In this document: positions 13,101-24,789 of the stretch, in pieces
Layout of the letters: each line of letters opens with the position of its first letter
Numbering within the stretch: the stretch's first letter is position 1
Source: Ancylonema sp.
Taxonomy: Eukaryota
Reading direction: 5' to 3'
DNA: 64,000 nt
Assembly (NCBI GenBank): GCA_050230475.1
Contig: JBFLGF010000208.1
Span: forward strand, 1-64,000
Position numbers and translations under genes: made by a program
Notes under the pieces: generated by a model
Database searches by the model: none
What the model saw: only the letters and a program-made list of their open reading frames with translations
What the model was told of the DNA's origin: nothing

Positions 13101-15581
13101 CTGCTATCACCTGCCAGAACCACACCACCGTCGCCCCCTCATTGTTCAAAGTGTGAGGTGGGGGGGGGATGGGGGGGATGGGGGGGAAGCTGCATGGAAG
13201 GGGAGGTGTCGTCGGACTTGCTGCCTCTCCTCTGCTGCCAGGTGGCATCAGGCCGTGAGGAGCAGGCCTATCGGACCTGGCTCATCCTCTGCGATGAGGC
13301 TCCTCAGCTCCCCCCCCCAACCTGCTGCGTCTCCTTCTCCACCTTCTTCAATCTCACCCTCCAAGGAGTGCAGAAGGACCTGGGCCCCCAGCCTCTCCTC
13401 GCCCCCTGCAAGTCCTGCGCGTGCGGCTGCAACGCGACAGCTGTCCGCGTGGCAGCTGGCAACCAAACGCTGCCAGGGAGCGTTGTGCAGACGGCGGGGG
13501 GGGGGAACCAGACGTGCAGTCTTACGGAACACCCGCGGTTTGGGCCGACTCGTAAGGGGGGGGGGGGGGGAGGAACTGAAGGACAGGTGGCATGTGCTGA
13601 GTGATACAGGAAAAAATGCATGCTTCATACCCAGAAACCCCAAAAAATCCCGAAAAAAATCCCAAAAAAAAACCCAAAAAAAAACTGTTTGTTGCCTACC
13701 TCTCCCCCCCCTGCCCCACGCAACCCCTAACGCAATATGTTTGCTTCTTGATTTCTCGTGTCCAGCCAGCATTCTACTCGATGTGGATAAGAGCATGGGG
13801 AGTAGTTATGTGACTGCCAACCAGCCCCTCCAGACCTCCCCCCACCTCCACTCCTGTCCCGACAACTGCGGTGTGAACGTGCATTGGCACGTCACCTCCG
13901 TGTCCGAGGAGGGGTGGCTGGCCACGGTAGGTCGGATACACTTTTGCCGCATAGGTGGCAAAAATACCTTGTGGGTGGAGGAGGGGGAAAGGGGAATCTT
14001 TTCCCATTCCTTCCATACCTCGCTGCTCTCTGCTTCGATTTTCGCGTATTTTTCGAGTTAGAGAAGGAGAGAATGGGGGATAAAGAAGCTAAGATGGATG
14101 TTGATTTTTTTCCGAAAAGTGGTTGCAGAGGAGACTGATGGCGCGGGGTGTGTGTGCAGGTGACTATCACGAATCGTGAGGAGGAGACGATAAAGAATTG
14201 GTACCTAGCTGTAACGCTGCCAGCAGCGGCAAACATCAGTCGCTCCTATTCGTTCAACCACGGCAACCAGACTCATCTCGGGAAACGTGAGAATGCGCAG
14301 ATGTGGGGGGGGACATGTGGGGGGGGGGGGGGGATGAGAGGTGGCGTTTTATTTGTGGAGTTTGGGATGTTGGGACGGGGAAAGGGGTGTGGAAACGGGG
14401 GGTTTGTTTCGGAAAATGAAGGAGCTAGTTTCTTTTTGGTCCAGGGGGAGGCGTTCGTTGGGTTGAGTGTAGGGGTCCACCTCCTAAGGGTGGGAGGGGT
14501 AAGGAGGGGGGAAAGGAATTTATTAACAATTGGAATGGGTGTCAATGTGATAAACCACCGAATAGGAAAGAGGACAGGTGTTGCAAGCAGAGAGGAATGT
14601 GGGAAAGACGATTGGGAGATATTCCGTAGAGTCACCGACATTTGACATTTGACATCTGAGGGTGGCCACTTTGGATGTGGTGGAGATATTGGAGTGCGTT
14701 GGAAAGGGTGGTGATGACAACCAATTTGCAGTACCGGTTGTCCCTAACTCATATCGGGAGGAAGTTGTGTCAATGTTGCTTGTATTGAGGGGTATTATTT
14801 TTTCGGTGGGGTTTCGGGTTTTGTGTGGTCCGCGATTGGGCGATGCAGCGAACTCCACTGCTCTCCTTTGGGGTCTGGAAGATGTGAACGAATGGTTCAT
14901 CGGCGCGCACGCTGGCGCCAATCACAATTCGACTTTGCGCAGTGTCATCAAGGTCGGTTCCACACCGCCTCGACTAAGCGTTGGCTGATGTTGGACTTGC
15001 GATGCCGTCGGAAAAAATAAGACATTGCAGCTAAAGGAGTTGGTTTCTTGCACTGTGCTTGAGTGGCTGTGCAGTTGCTGCTTGGAGTTGAGAGGGTAAC
15101 ACATGTATTATTTCTTACAAGTTGTGTAAGACCAACAAATGGGCTACAATGCCAATGCATGAATTGCATACGTGCTCAGGAAATCTACGAGAGAGTGTAC
15201 AATTATGGAACCTTAGCATATTTGGAACATGCCACGATGCTTCCCCACCCTCTACTCCGACTCTCACTTCTATATTCTTGCTAGTCTCATTTGAAGATAA
15301 GTGCTTCCAAAAAATCCAATCATGTTAAATATGATGAATTGTTTGAACCGGCCCTCTTTCAGTTTGGATATCTTCCTTCTTTCAACCTCACAAGTAGCCA
15401 CGGCGCTCAAGTGTTCCCTTCGATGGTCAACTTCAACGGCGTCGTTTGCTCAATGCCCGATTTTATACCAACGTACAGTCCCAGTCCGCCCATCAAGCAC
15501 AAGCTGGCCATTTCAACTCTCGCTATCATTTTTGCTGCCGGAGGGTGCGCCATCTTAACATGGGCCACTTTTGCAATGTAG
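10145..15581 (+). CDS. COBL: COBRA-like protein of the long COBL7-11 type (signal peptide, N-terminal extension, COBRA domain, hydrophobic GPI-type tail); complete multi-exon copy A
   Basis: Signal peptide MASIRIASLLFSLCVMLHVSSVVPS. Later exons give CNGITLMY...QPYGFRA, ISVQWDIVEAQSSSYTALVTITNHQ...GWALTWTWAANE, ILLTITGAEATKEGGC, SCCKNGTL, TCCVSFSTFFN...PCKSCACGC, CPDNCGVNVHWHV and VFPSMVNFNGVVCSMPD followed by a hydrophobic C-terminus. Phases checked at several junctions were consistent with GT-AG introns. Confidence 0.92.
12120..12153 (+). repeat. (GGGTCA)n telomere-variant-like hexamer repeat at an intron 5' end (also at about 19171-19204)
   Basis: About five tandem GGTCAG units beginning at the GT donor. 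Confidence 0.85.
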
Positions 15582-16435
15582 GAAAAAAGAGAGGTTGGTG
15601 ATAACTAAAGGAGATGAAGTCTAGAGTAGGTGAATAGAGCAGAGATACACATTATTGTATACAGTGAATGAAGTCATACAGTGCATGACCCAAGCGAACC
15701 CAAGTCATGCATTATGGTCAAAGCTACGTCTAGCCAAGCTTTGTTTGCAATCAAGCCACTCAAAGAGAGTAGACACAAAAGTACGTGATAAGTGTGATGA
15801 GTCACATTACATCATGCGTCTAACCTCAAAACTATTGTTGTGAGACATCCACTTGTTATCTCTTAGTTATGTTGTGATCGTCCTAGGGTTGCCACATAGG
15901 CAAAGTTGTCCTTCACCTCGTCGACATCAAGAAATCGAGATAAGACATGATGGGCACCCTTGTGATCTTAATACGACCGTGTTCCGCATTCACTGTTTTC
16001 ATTTTGCAAATTTACACTACGCACACTTTTCGCTCAGCAACGCTCGTGCGTGTCCGGTTCGCTGTGTTATATGTAAGGCTGGGTGTGCGCTTACGGTTGA
16101 TATACATACCTTATCTTGTGGGTAAGCACGTTGCTCATTTCGGTTGCGTAAGCCGAGAGCCCTTGTCTATCTCGTGAGGCTTCCAACCCTTTCCTTTGAA
16201 AGTGCCTTTGTGAGTGAGCAATGGTATTTGATATTCAGCATCGACACGATGTCATCAGCTGCATCATACTAGCCGCACTAGACTGTACATCTTAGTCGCA
16301 CATGTTCAAGTGCACAGCTAGTATGCTGGTATATTGAGTGCAATGGCATCCATATCTTTTCTCTCATCACTCCGTCACTTGTGTTAAAAGCACACAAAGC
16401 GTTGTGGCACGGGAAACTTGATGATGCATTCCAAA

Positions 16436-16581
16436 TCAAAACGCACCCCCTCTTTCCCAAGTATAAATGTCTTCCTTGGGTTGTTTCATCTTCTCTAGTG
16501 CTTCATTTATAAGTTCCTCATCCTTTTGGTCTAAATCAAACAAAGAGAGTTTTTGGTGATCCGCCACATGTCGCGCATTCC
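16436..16581 (-). other. Duplicated 3' fragment of the aldo-keto reductase last exon
   Basis: Same sequence as 24644-24789 (offset 8208), encoding ...EDIYTWERGGAF*. Confidence 0.85.
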
Positions 16582-19167
16582 CCAACAGGCTGGACCCCGC
16601 CTTCAGGCACTACCAGTATGCTGGGGTGAGGCTGGAGGCTGGGGGCTGGAGGCTGGGGGGGATTTGGTGGGCGGAACATGGGAAGGTGGTTGCTGATGTG
16701 GCGCTTTCTGTGCGGCAGGGGAATGCGAGCGTGGCGCAATTCCGGATATCCGTGGGGAAGACGGTGAAGCAGATGCAGTTCAACAACATCATTCCCCCCT
16801 TTGGCTTCGACCTCGGCATCCCTGCTATCACCTGCCAGAACCACACCACCGTCGCCCCCTCATTGTTCAAAGTGTGAGGTGGGGGGGGGATGGGGGGGAT
16901 GGGGGGGAAGCTGCATGGAAGGGGAGGTGTCGTCGGACTTGCTGCCTCTCCTCTGCTGCCAGGTGGCATCAGGCCGTGAGGAGCAGGCCTATCGGACCTG
17001 GCTCATCCTCTGCGATGAGGCTCCTCAGCTCCCCCCCCCAACCTGCTGCGTCTCCTTCTCCACCTTCTTCAATCTCACCCTCCAAGGAGTGCAGAAGGAC
17101 CTGGGCCCCCAGCCTCTCCTCGCCCCCTGCAAGTCCTGCGCGTGCGGCTGCAACGCGACAGCTGTCCGCGTGGCAGCTGGCAACCAAACGCTGCCAGGGA
17201 GCGTTGTGCAGACGGCGGGGGGGGGGAACCAGACGTGCAGTCTTACGGAACACCCGCGGTTTGGGCCGACTCGTAAGGGGGGGGGGGGGGGAGGAACTGA
17301 AGGACAGGTGGCATGTGCTGAGTGATACAGGAAAAAATGCATGCTTCATACCCAGAAACCCCAAAAAATCCCGAAAAAAATCCCAAAAAAAAACCCAAAA
17401 AAAAACTGTTTGTTGCCTACCTCTCCCCCCCCTGCCCCACGCAACCCCTAACGCAATATGTTTGCTTCTTGATTTCTCGTGTCCAGCCAGCATTCTACTC
17501 GATGTGGATAAGAGCATGGGGAGTAGTTATGTGACTGCCAACCAGCCCCTCCAGACCTCCCCCCACCTCCACTCCTGTCCCGACAACTGCGGTGTGAACG
17601 TGCATTGGCACGTCACCTCCGTGTCCGAGGAGGGGTGGCTGGCCACGGTAGGTCGGATACACTTTTGCCGCATAGGTGGCAAAAATACCTTGTGGGTGGA
17701 GGAGGGGGAAAGGGGAATCTTTTCCCATTCCTTCCATACCTCGCTGCTCTCTGCTTCGATTTTCGCGTATTTTTCGAGTTAGAGAAGGAGAGAATGGGGG
17801 ATAAAGAAGCTAAGATGGATGTTGATTTTTTTCCGAAAAGTGGTTGCAGAGGAGACTGATGGCGCGGGGTGTGTGTGCAGGTGACTATCACGAATCGTGA
17901 GGAGGAGACGATAAAGAATTGGTACCTAGCTGTAACGCTGCCAGCAGCGGCAAACATCAGTCGCTCCTATTCGTTCAACCACGGCAACCAGACTCATCTC
18001 GGGAAACGTGAGAATGCGCAGATGTGGGGGGGGACATGTGGGGGGGGGGGGGGGATGAGAGGTGGCGTTTTATTTGTGGAGTTTGGGATGTTGGGACGGG
18101 GAAAGGGGTGTGGAAACGGGGGGTTTGTTTCGGAAAATGAAGGAGCTAGTTTCTTTTTGGTCCAGGGGGAGGCGTTCGTTGGGTTGAGTGTAGGGGTCCA
18201 CCTCCTAAGGGTGGGAGGGGTAAGGAGGGGGGAAAGGAATTTATTAACAATTGGAATGGGTGTCAATGTGATAAACCACCGAATAGGAAAGAGGACAGGT
18301 GTTGCAAGCAGAGAGGAATGTGGGAAAGACGATTGGGAGATATTCCGTAGAGTCACCGACATTTGACATTTGACATCTGAGGGTGGCCACTTTGGATGTG
18401 GTGGAGATATTGGAGTGCGTTGGAAAGGGTGGTGATGACAACCAATTTGCAGTACCGGTTGTCCCTAACTCATATCGGGAGGAAGTTGTGTCAATGTTGC
18501 TTGTATTGAGGGGTATTATTTTTTCGGTGGGGTTTCGGGTTTTGTGTGGTCCGCGATTGGGCGATGCAGCGAACTCCACTGCTCTCCTTTGGGGTCTGGA
18601 AGATGTGAACGAATGGTTCATCGGCGCGCACGCTGGCGCCAATCACAATTCGACTTTGCGCAGTGTCATCAAGGTCGGTTCCACACCGCCTCGACTAAGC
18701 GTTGGCTGATGTTGGACTTGCGATGCCGTCGGAAAAAATAAGACATTGCAGCTAAAGGAGTTGGTTTCTTGCACTGTGCTTGAGTGGCTGTGCAGTTGCT
18801 GCTTGGAGTTGAGAGGGTAACACATGTATTATTTCTTACAAGTTGTGTAAGACCAACAAATGGGCTACAATGCCAATGCATGAATTGCATACGTGCTCAG
18901 GAAATCTACGAGAGAGTGTACAATTATGGAACCTTAGCATATTTGGAACATGCCACGATGCTTCCCCACCCTCTACTCCGACTCTCACTTCTATATTCTT
19001 GCTAGTCTCATTTGAAGATAAGTGCTTCCAAAAAATCCAATCATGTTAAATATGATGAATTGTTTGAACCGGCCCTCTTTCAGTTTGGATATCTTCCTTC
19101 TTTCAACCTCACAAGTAGCCACGGCGCTCAAGTGTTCCCTTCGATGGTCAACTTCAACGGCGTCGTT
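16578..19167 (+). repeat. Near-identical internal duplicate of COBL copy A (about 12864-15446), truncated at both ends
   Basis: Offset 3714, becoming 3721 after a 7-nt intronic indel near 16650; the ORF track is repeated. Confidence 0.9.
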
Positions 19168-22100
19168 CCCAGGTCAGGGTCAGGGTCAGGGTCAGGGTCA
19201 GGGTTGAGGTCAGGGCATCTTCTACTTCCAAACTGGGGGACCATCTCACCCTTCATCTCCTGGCCCTTCCCTGTGTTCAGGATACACGTGTGAGTCCGCC
19301 CTCCATGTGAACGCCACCCTCTCCTCCCCCTCCATCTCTGTGTGCTGCGTAGAGAGCTCCCTGCCTCCCCCCCCCCCCCCCCTGGCCACCCTGGATCCGA
19401 GTTTCGGGGGCATTTCAGTGCAGTGGGACATTGTGGAGGCCCAGTCCTCCTCCTACACCGCCCTTGTCACCATCACCAACCACCAGCTGTTCAAGCGGGT
19501 GGAGGACCCGGGGTGGGCGCTGACGTGGACGTGGGCCGCCAATGAGGTGAGGGGGGTAGAGCCAATCTGTAGCACTCATCCGGTTGTCATGCGGGTCAAA
19601 CATTTGGACTCGGAACTGTCATCATCAGGCTCTCCTCTGCTCTCGAGTGGGCAGAGGATACCTGATCCTCTGCCCCTCCCCCCCCTCAGATCCTTTTGAC
19701 CATCACAGGTGCAGAGGCCACCAAGGAGGGGGGCTGTCTGGACGTGGCAGCAGAGAAGAGTTACGGCACAGCCATCCAAAGCGCCCAGAGTTGCGCCCCC
19801 TCTCCCACCATCCTCGACCTCCCCTTCGACGCCTTCCAATCCAATTTCGGCCCCTTCCCGCCCCAGACCGCCCACCTGTCCTGCTGCAAAAACGGCACAC
19901 TCGGCCTGCTCTCCTTCCCCCAGGGGCTGGACCCCGCCTTCAGGCAATATCAGTATGCCGGGGTGAGGGTGGGGGCTGGGAGCTGGGGGGGGCTTTGGGG
20001 GGGCGGACCATGGGAAGGTGGTTGCTGACGTGGCGCTTTCTGTGTGGCAGGGGACTGCGAGCGTGGCGCAATTCCGGATAACCGTGGGGAAGACAGTGAA
20101 GCAGAAGCGGTTCAACAAAATCATTCCTCCCTTTGGGTTCGACCTGGGCATCCCTGGCATCACCTGCCAGAACCTCACTGCTGTCGCCCCCACATTGTTC
20201 AAAGTGAGAGGAGGGGGGGGGGATGGGGGGCGAGCTGTATGCGGGGGGGGGTAGTGTCTTCTGACTTACTGATGTGATGTATCTGTGGCCTCTCCCCTGC
20301 TGCCAGGTGGCATCAGGTCGTGAGGAGCAGGCCTACCGGACGTGGCTCGTCCTGTGCAATGAGGCTACTCAGCTCCCCCCCCCAGCCCCCGTCCTGCCCC
20401 CTCCCCCCCCCCCCACCTGCTGCGTCTCCTTCTCCACCTTCTTCAATCTCACCCTCCAAGGCGTGCAGAAGGACCTGGGCCCCCAGCCTCTCCTCGCCCC
20501 CTGCAAGGCGTGCGCGTGCGGCTGCAATGCGACAGCTGTCCGCGTGGCAGCTGGCAACCAGACGCTGCAAGGGAGCGTTGTGCAGACGGCGGGGGGGGGG
20601 AACCAGACGTGCAATCTCACGGAACACCCGCGGTTCGGGCCGACTCGTAAGGGGGGGGGGGGGGGAGGAACTGAAGGACAGGTGGCATGTGCTGAGTGGT
20701 ACAGGGCAAATTGCATGCTTCATACCCAGAAACCCCAAAGAATCCCGAACACCCCCCCCAAAGAAAAAAAAAAAAAAACCCCAAAAAAACCGTATGTTGC
20801 CTACCCCTTCCCCCCCAGCCCCACGCAACCCCCAACCTAATATTGTTGTTTTTTTTTTTTTCTTGTGTCCAGCCAGCATGCTGCTCGATGTGGATAAGAG
20901 CATGGGGAGTAGTTATGTGACTGCCAACCAGCCCCTCCAGACCTTCCCCCGCCTCCACTCCTGCCCCGACAACTGCGGTGTGAACGTGCATTGGCACGTC
21001 ACCACCGCATCTGAGAAGGGGTGGCTGGCCACGGTAGGTTGGGCACACTTCTGCCGCATAGGTGACAAAAATACCTTGTGGGTGGAGGAGTGGGGATGGG
21101 GAATCGTTTCCCATTCCTTCCATGCATGGCTGCTCTCTGGTTCCATTTTTGCGGATTTTTTCGAGTTAGAGAAGGAGAGAATGGGGGATATAGAAGGGGG
21201 CTAAGATGGATGTTGGTTTTTTTTCCCGAAAAGTGGTTGTAGAGGAGACTGAAGGCGCGGGGTGTGTGTGCAGGTGACTATAACGAATCGTGAGGAGGAG
21301 ACGATAAAGAATTGGTACCTAGCTGTAACGCTGCCGGCAGCGGCCAACATCAGTCGCACCTATTCGTTCAACCACGGCAACCAGACTCATCTCGGGGAAC
21401 GTGAGAACGCGCACATGTGGGGGGGGACATGTGGGGGGGGGAGGGGGATGATAGGTGGCGTGTTCTGTGTGGAGTTTGGGATGTTGGGGCGGGGAAAGGG
21501 GTGTGGAAACATGGGGTTTCTTTCGGAAAATGAAGTTAGTTAGCTAGTTTTTTTTTGTTAAGAGTGAGGCATCCCATGGGTTTTGTGTGGTCCGTGATTG
21601 GGCGATGCAGCGAACACTACCGCGCTCCTTTGGGGTCTTGAAGACGTGAACGAATGGTTCATCGGCACGCACGCTGGCGCCAATCACAATTCGACTTTGC
21701 GCACTGTCATCAAGGTCGGTTTCGCACCACCTCGACCACGCGTTGGCCGATGTTGGATTTTCGATGCCGTCGGAAAAAAGAGACGTTGCAACTTGAGGAG
21801 TTGGTTTCTTGCACCGTGCTTGAGTGGGTGTGCATTTGCTGCTTGGATTTGAGAGGGTGACACGTGTATTTTGTCTTTTTTTGGAGTTTTTGGGACCTTT
21901 TTTTGGGTTTTTTTGGGGGTTTTTGTTTTTGGGTTTGGGGTTTTTTTGGGGGGTTTTTGAGGGGTTTTTTGGGGTTTTGTTTTGGGTTTTTTTGGGTCGT
22001 GTAAGACCCAAAAATGGGCCACAATGCCAATGTATGAATTGCATACGTGCTCCCGCGGAGGCACTATTTGAGAGTGTACAATTATGGAACCTTGGCATAT

Positions 22101-22450
22101 TTGGAATGCTTCCCCAACCTCTACTCCGACTCTAATTTCTATATTCTTGCTAGTCTCATTTGAAGAGAAGTGCTTCCAAAAAAACCAATCACGTTGAATA
22201 TAATGAACTGTTTGAACCGGCCCTCTTTCAGTTCGGGCACCTTCCTTCTTTCAACCTCACAAGCAGCCAAGGTGGTCAAGTGTTCCCTTCGATGGTCAAC
22301 TTCAACGGCGACGTTTGCTCAATGCCCGATTTCATACCGACGTACAGTCCCAGTCCGCCTGTCAAGCACAAGCTGGCCATGTCAACACTCGCTATCATTT
22401 TTGCTGCAGCAGGGTGCGCCATCTTAACATGGGCCACGTTTGCGATGTAG
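19168..22450 (+). CDS. COBL: COBRA-like protein copy B, 5'-truncated; diverged paralog, homeolog or allele
   Basis: 19168-19920 matches 12117-12869. From 19921 there are many substitutions, different intron lengths and an in-frame Pro-rich insertion, yet exons stay open to ...CAILTWATFAM* at 22450. Confidence 0.8.
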
Positions 22451-23029
22451 GAAAATAGAGAGGTTAGTGATAGGTTAGGGAGATAAAGTTTAGTGGATAG
22501 TAGCAGAGATACACATTATCGTAGATAGTTGATGAAGTCATACAGTGCATGACGCAATCGAAGCCAAGTCATGCATTATGGTCAAGGCTACGCCTAAGCA
22601 AGCTTTGTTTGCAATCAAGTTACTCAAAGAGAGTAGACACAAAAGTTTGTGATAAGTACGATGAGTCAAATTACATCAATTTTTTAAATCAATGTTGATG
22701 CTAGTTCTCAAAGTTTTTTCGGGGTCGATGTCGACTATGCGTAACTTAAAATTGTTCATTGTTGTGTGTTATTATCTCTTAGCTATGTTGTGATCATCCT
22801 AGGGTTGCCATATAGGCAAAGTTGTCCTTCATCTCGTCGGCGTCGAGACATCGTGGCTAAGACGTAATGCACACCCTTGTGAGCCTAATACGACCGAGTT
22901 CTGCGTTTACCGTTTTCGTTTTGCAAATTTACTCTACATACACCTTTCGCTCAGCAATGATCGTGCGTATCTAGTTCACATTGTTATATATCCGGCTGGG
23001 TGTGCGCTTACCGTTTTTATATATATANA

Positions 23030-24789
23030 TGTGTGGTCCGCGATTGGGCGATGCAGCGAACTCCACTGCTCTCCTTTGGGGTCTGGAAGATGTGAACGAA
23101 TGGTTCATCGGCGCGCACGCTGGCGCCAATCACAATTCGACTTTGCGCAGTGTCATCAAGGTCGGTTCCACACCGCCTCGACTAAGCGTTGGCTGATGTT
23201 GGACTTGCGATGCCGTCGGAAAAAATAAGACATTGCAGCTAAAGGAGTTGGTTTCTTGCACTGTGCTTGAGTGGCTGTGCAGTTGCTGCTTGGAGTTGAG
23301 AGGGTAACACATGTATTATTTCTTACAAGTTGTGTAAGACCAACAAATGGGCTACAATGCCAATGCATGAATTGCATACGTGCTCAGGAAATCTACGAGA
23401 GAGTGTACAATTATGGAACCTTAGCATATTTGGAACATGCCACGATGCTTCCCCACCCTCTACTCCGACTCTCACTTCTATATTCTTGCTAGTCTCATTT
23501 GAAGATAAGTGCTTCCAAAAAATCCAATCATGTTAAATATGATGAATTGTTTGAACCGGCCCTCTTTCAGTTTGGATATCTTCCTTCTTTCAACCTCACA
23601 AGTAGCCACGGCGCTCAAGTGTTCCCTTCGATGGTCAACTTCAACGGCGTCGTTTGCTCAATGCCCGATTTTATACCAACGTACAGTCCCAGTCCGCCCA
23701 TCAAGCACAAGCTGGCCATTTCAACTCTCGCTATCATTTTTGCTGCCGGAGGGTGCGCCATCTTAACATGGGCCACTTTTGCAATGTAGGAAAAAAGAGA
23801 GGTTGGTGATAACTAAAGGAGATGAAGTCTAGAGTAGGTGAATAGAGCAGAGATACACATTATTGTATACAGTGAATGAAGTCATACAGTGCATGACCCA
23901 AGCGAACCCAAGTCATGCATTATGGTCAAAGCTACGTCTAGCCAAGCTTTGTTTGCAATCAAGCCACTCAAAGAGAGTAGACACAAAAGTACGTGATAAG
24001 TGTGATGAGTCACATTACATCATGCGTCTAACCTCAAAACTATTGTTGTGAGACATCCACTTGTTATCTCTTAGTTATGTTGTGATCGTCCTAGGGTTGC
24101 CACATAGGCAAAGTTGTCCTTCACCTCGTCGACATCAAGAAATCGAGATAAGACATGATGGGCACCCTTGTGATCTTAATACGACCGTGTTCCGCATTCA
24201 CTGTTTTCATTTTGCAAATTTACACTACGCACACTTTTCGCTCAGCAACGCTCGTGCGTGTCCGGTTCGCTGTGTTATATGTAAGGCTGGGTGTGCGCTT
24301 ACGGTTGATATACATACCTTATCTTGTGGGTAAGCACGTTGCTCATTTCGGTTGCGTAAGCCGAGAGCCCTTGTCTATCTCGTGAGGCTTCCAACCCTTT
24401 CCTTTGAAAGTGCCTTTGTGAGTGAGCAATGGTATTTGATATTCAGCATCGACACGATGTCATCAGCTGCATCATACTAGCCGCACTAGACTGTACATCT
24501 TAGTCGCACATGTTCAAGTGCACAGCTAGTATGCTGGTATATTGAGTGCAATGGCATCCATATCTTTTCTCTCATCACTCCGTCACTTGTGTTAAAAGCA
24601 CACAAAGCGTTGTGGCACGGGAAACTTGATGATGCATTCCAAATCAAAACGCACCCCCTCTTTCCCAAGTATAAATGTCTTCCTTGGGTTGTTTCATCTT
24701 CTCTAGTGCTTCATTTATAAGTTCCTCATCCTTTTGGTCTAAATCAAACAAAGAGAGTTTTTGGTGATCCGCCACATGTCGCGCATTCC
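23030..24789 (+). repeat. Duplicate of 14822-16581 (last two COBL exons, intergenic DNA and AKR 3' end) following the n at 23028
   Basis: Offset 8208, identical ORF track, COBL stop at 23789. Confidence 0.92.

Noticed and set aside
13153..14061. 302-aa ORF and similar long ORFs in the COBL copies and antisense to ORF2 (56424-57101)
   Set aside because: They are alternative-frame or antisense read-throughs of GC-rich exons and introns.
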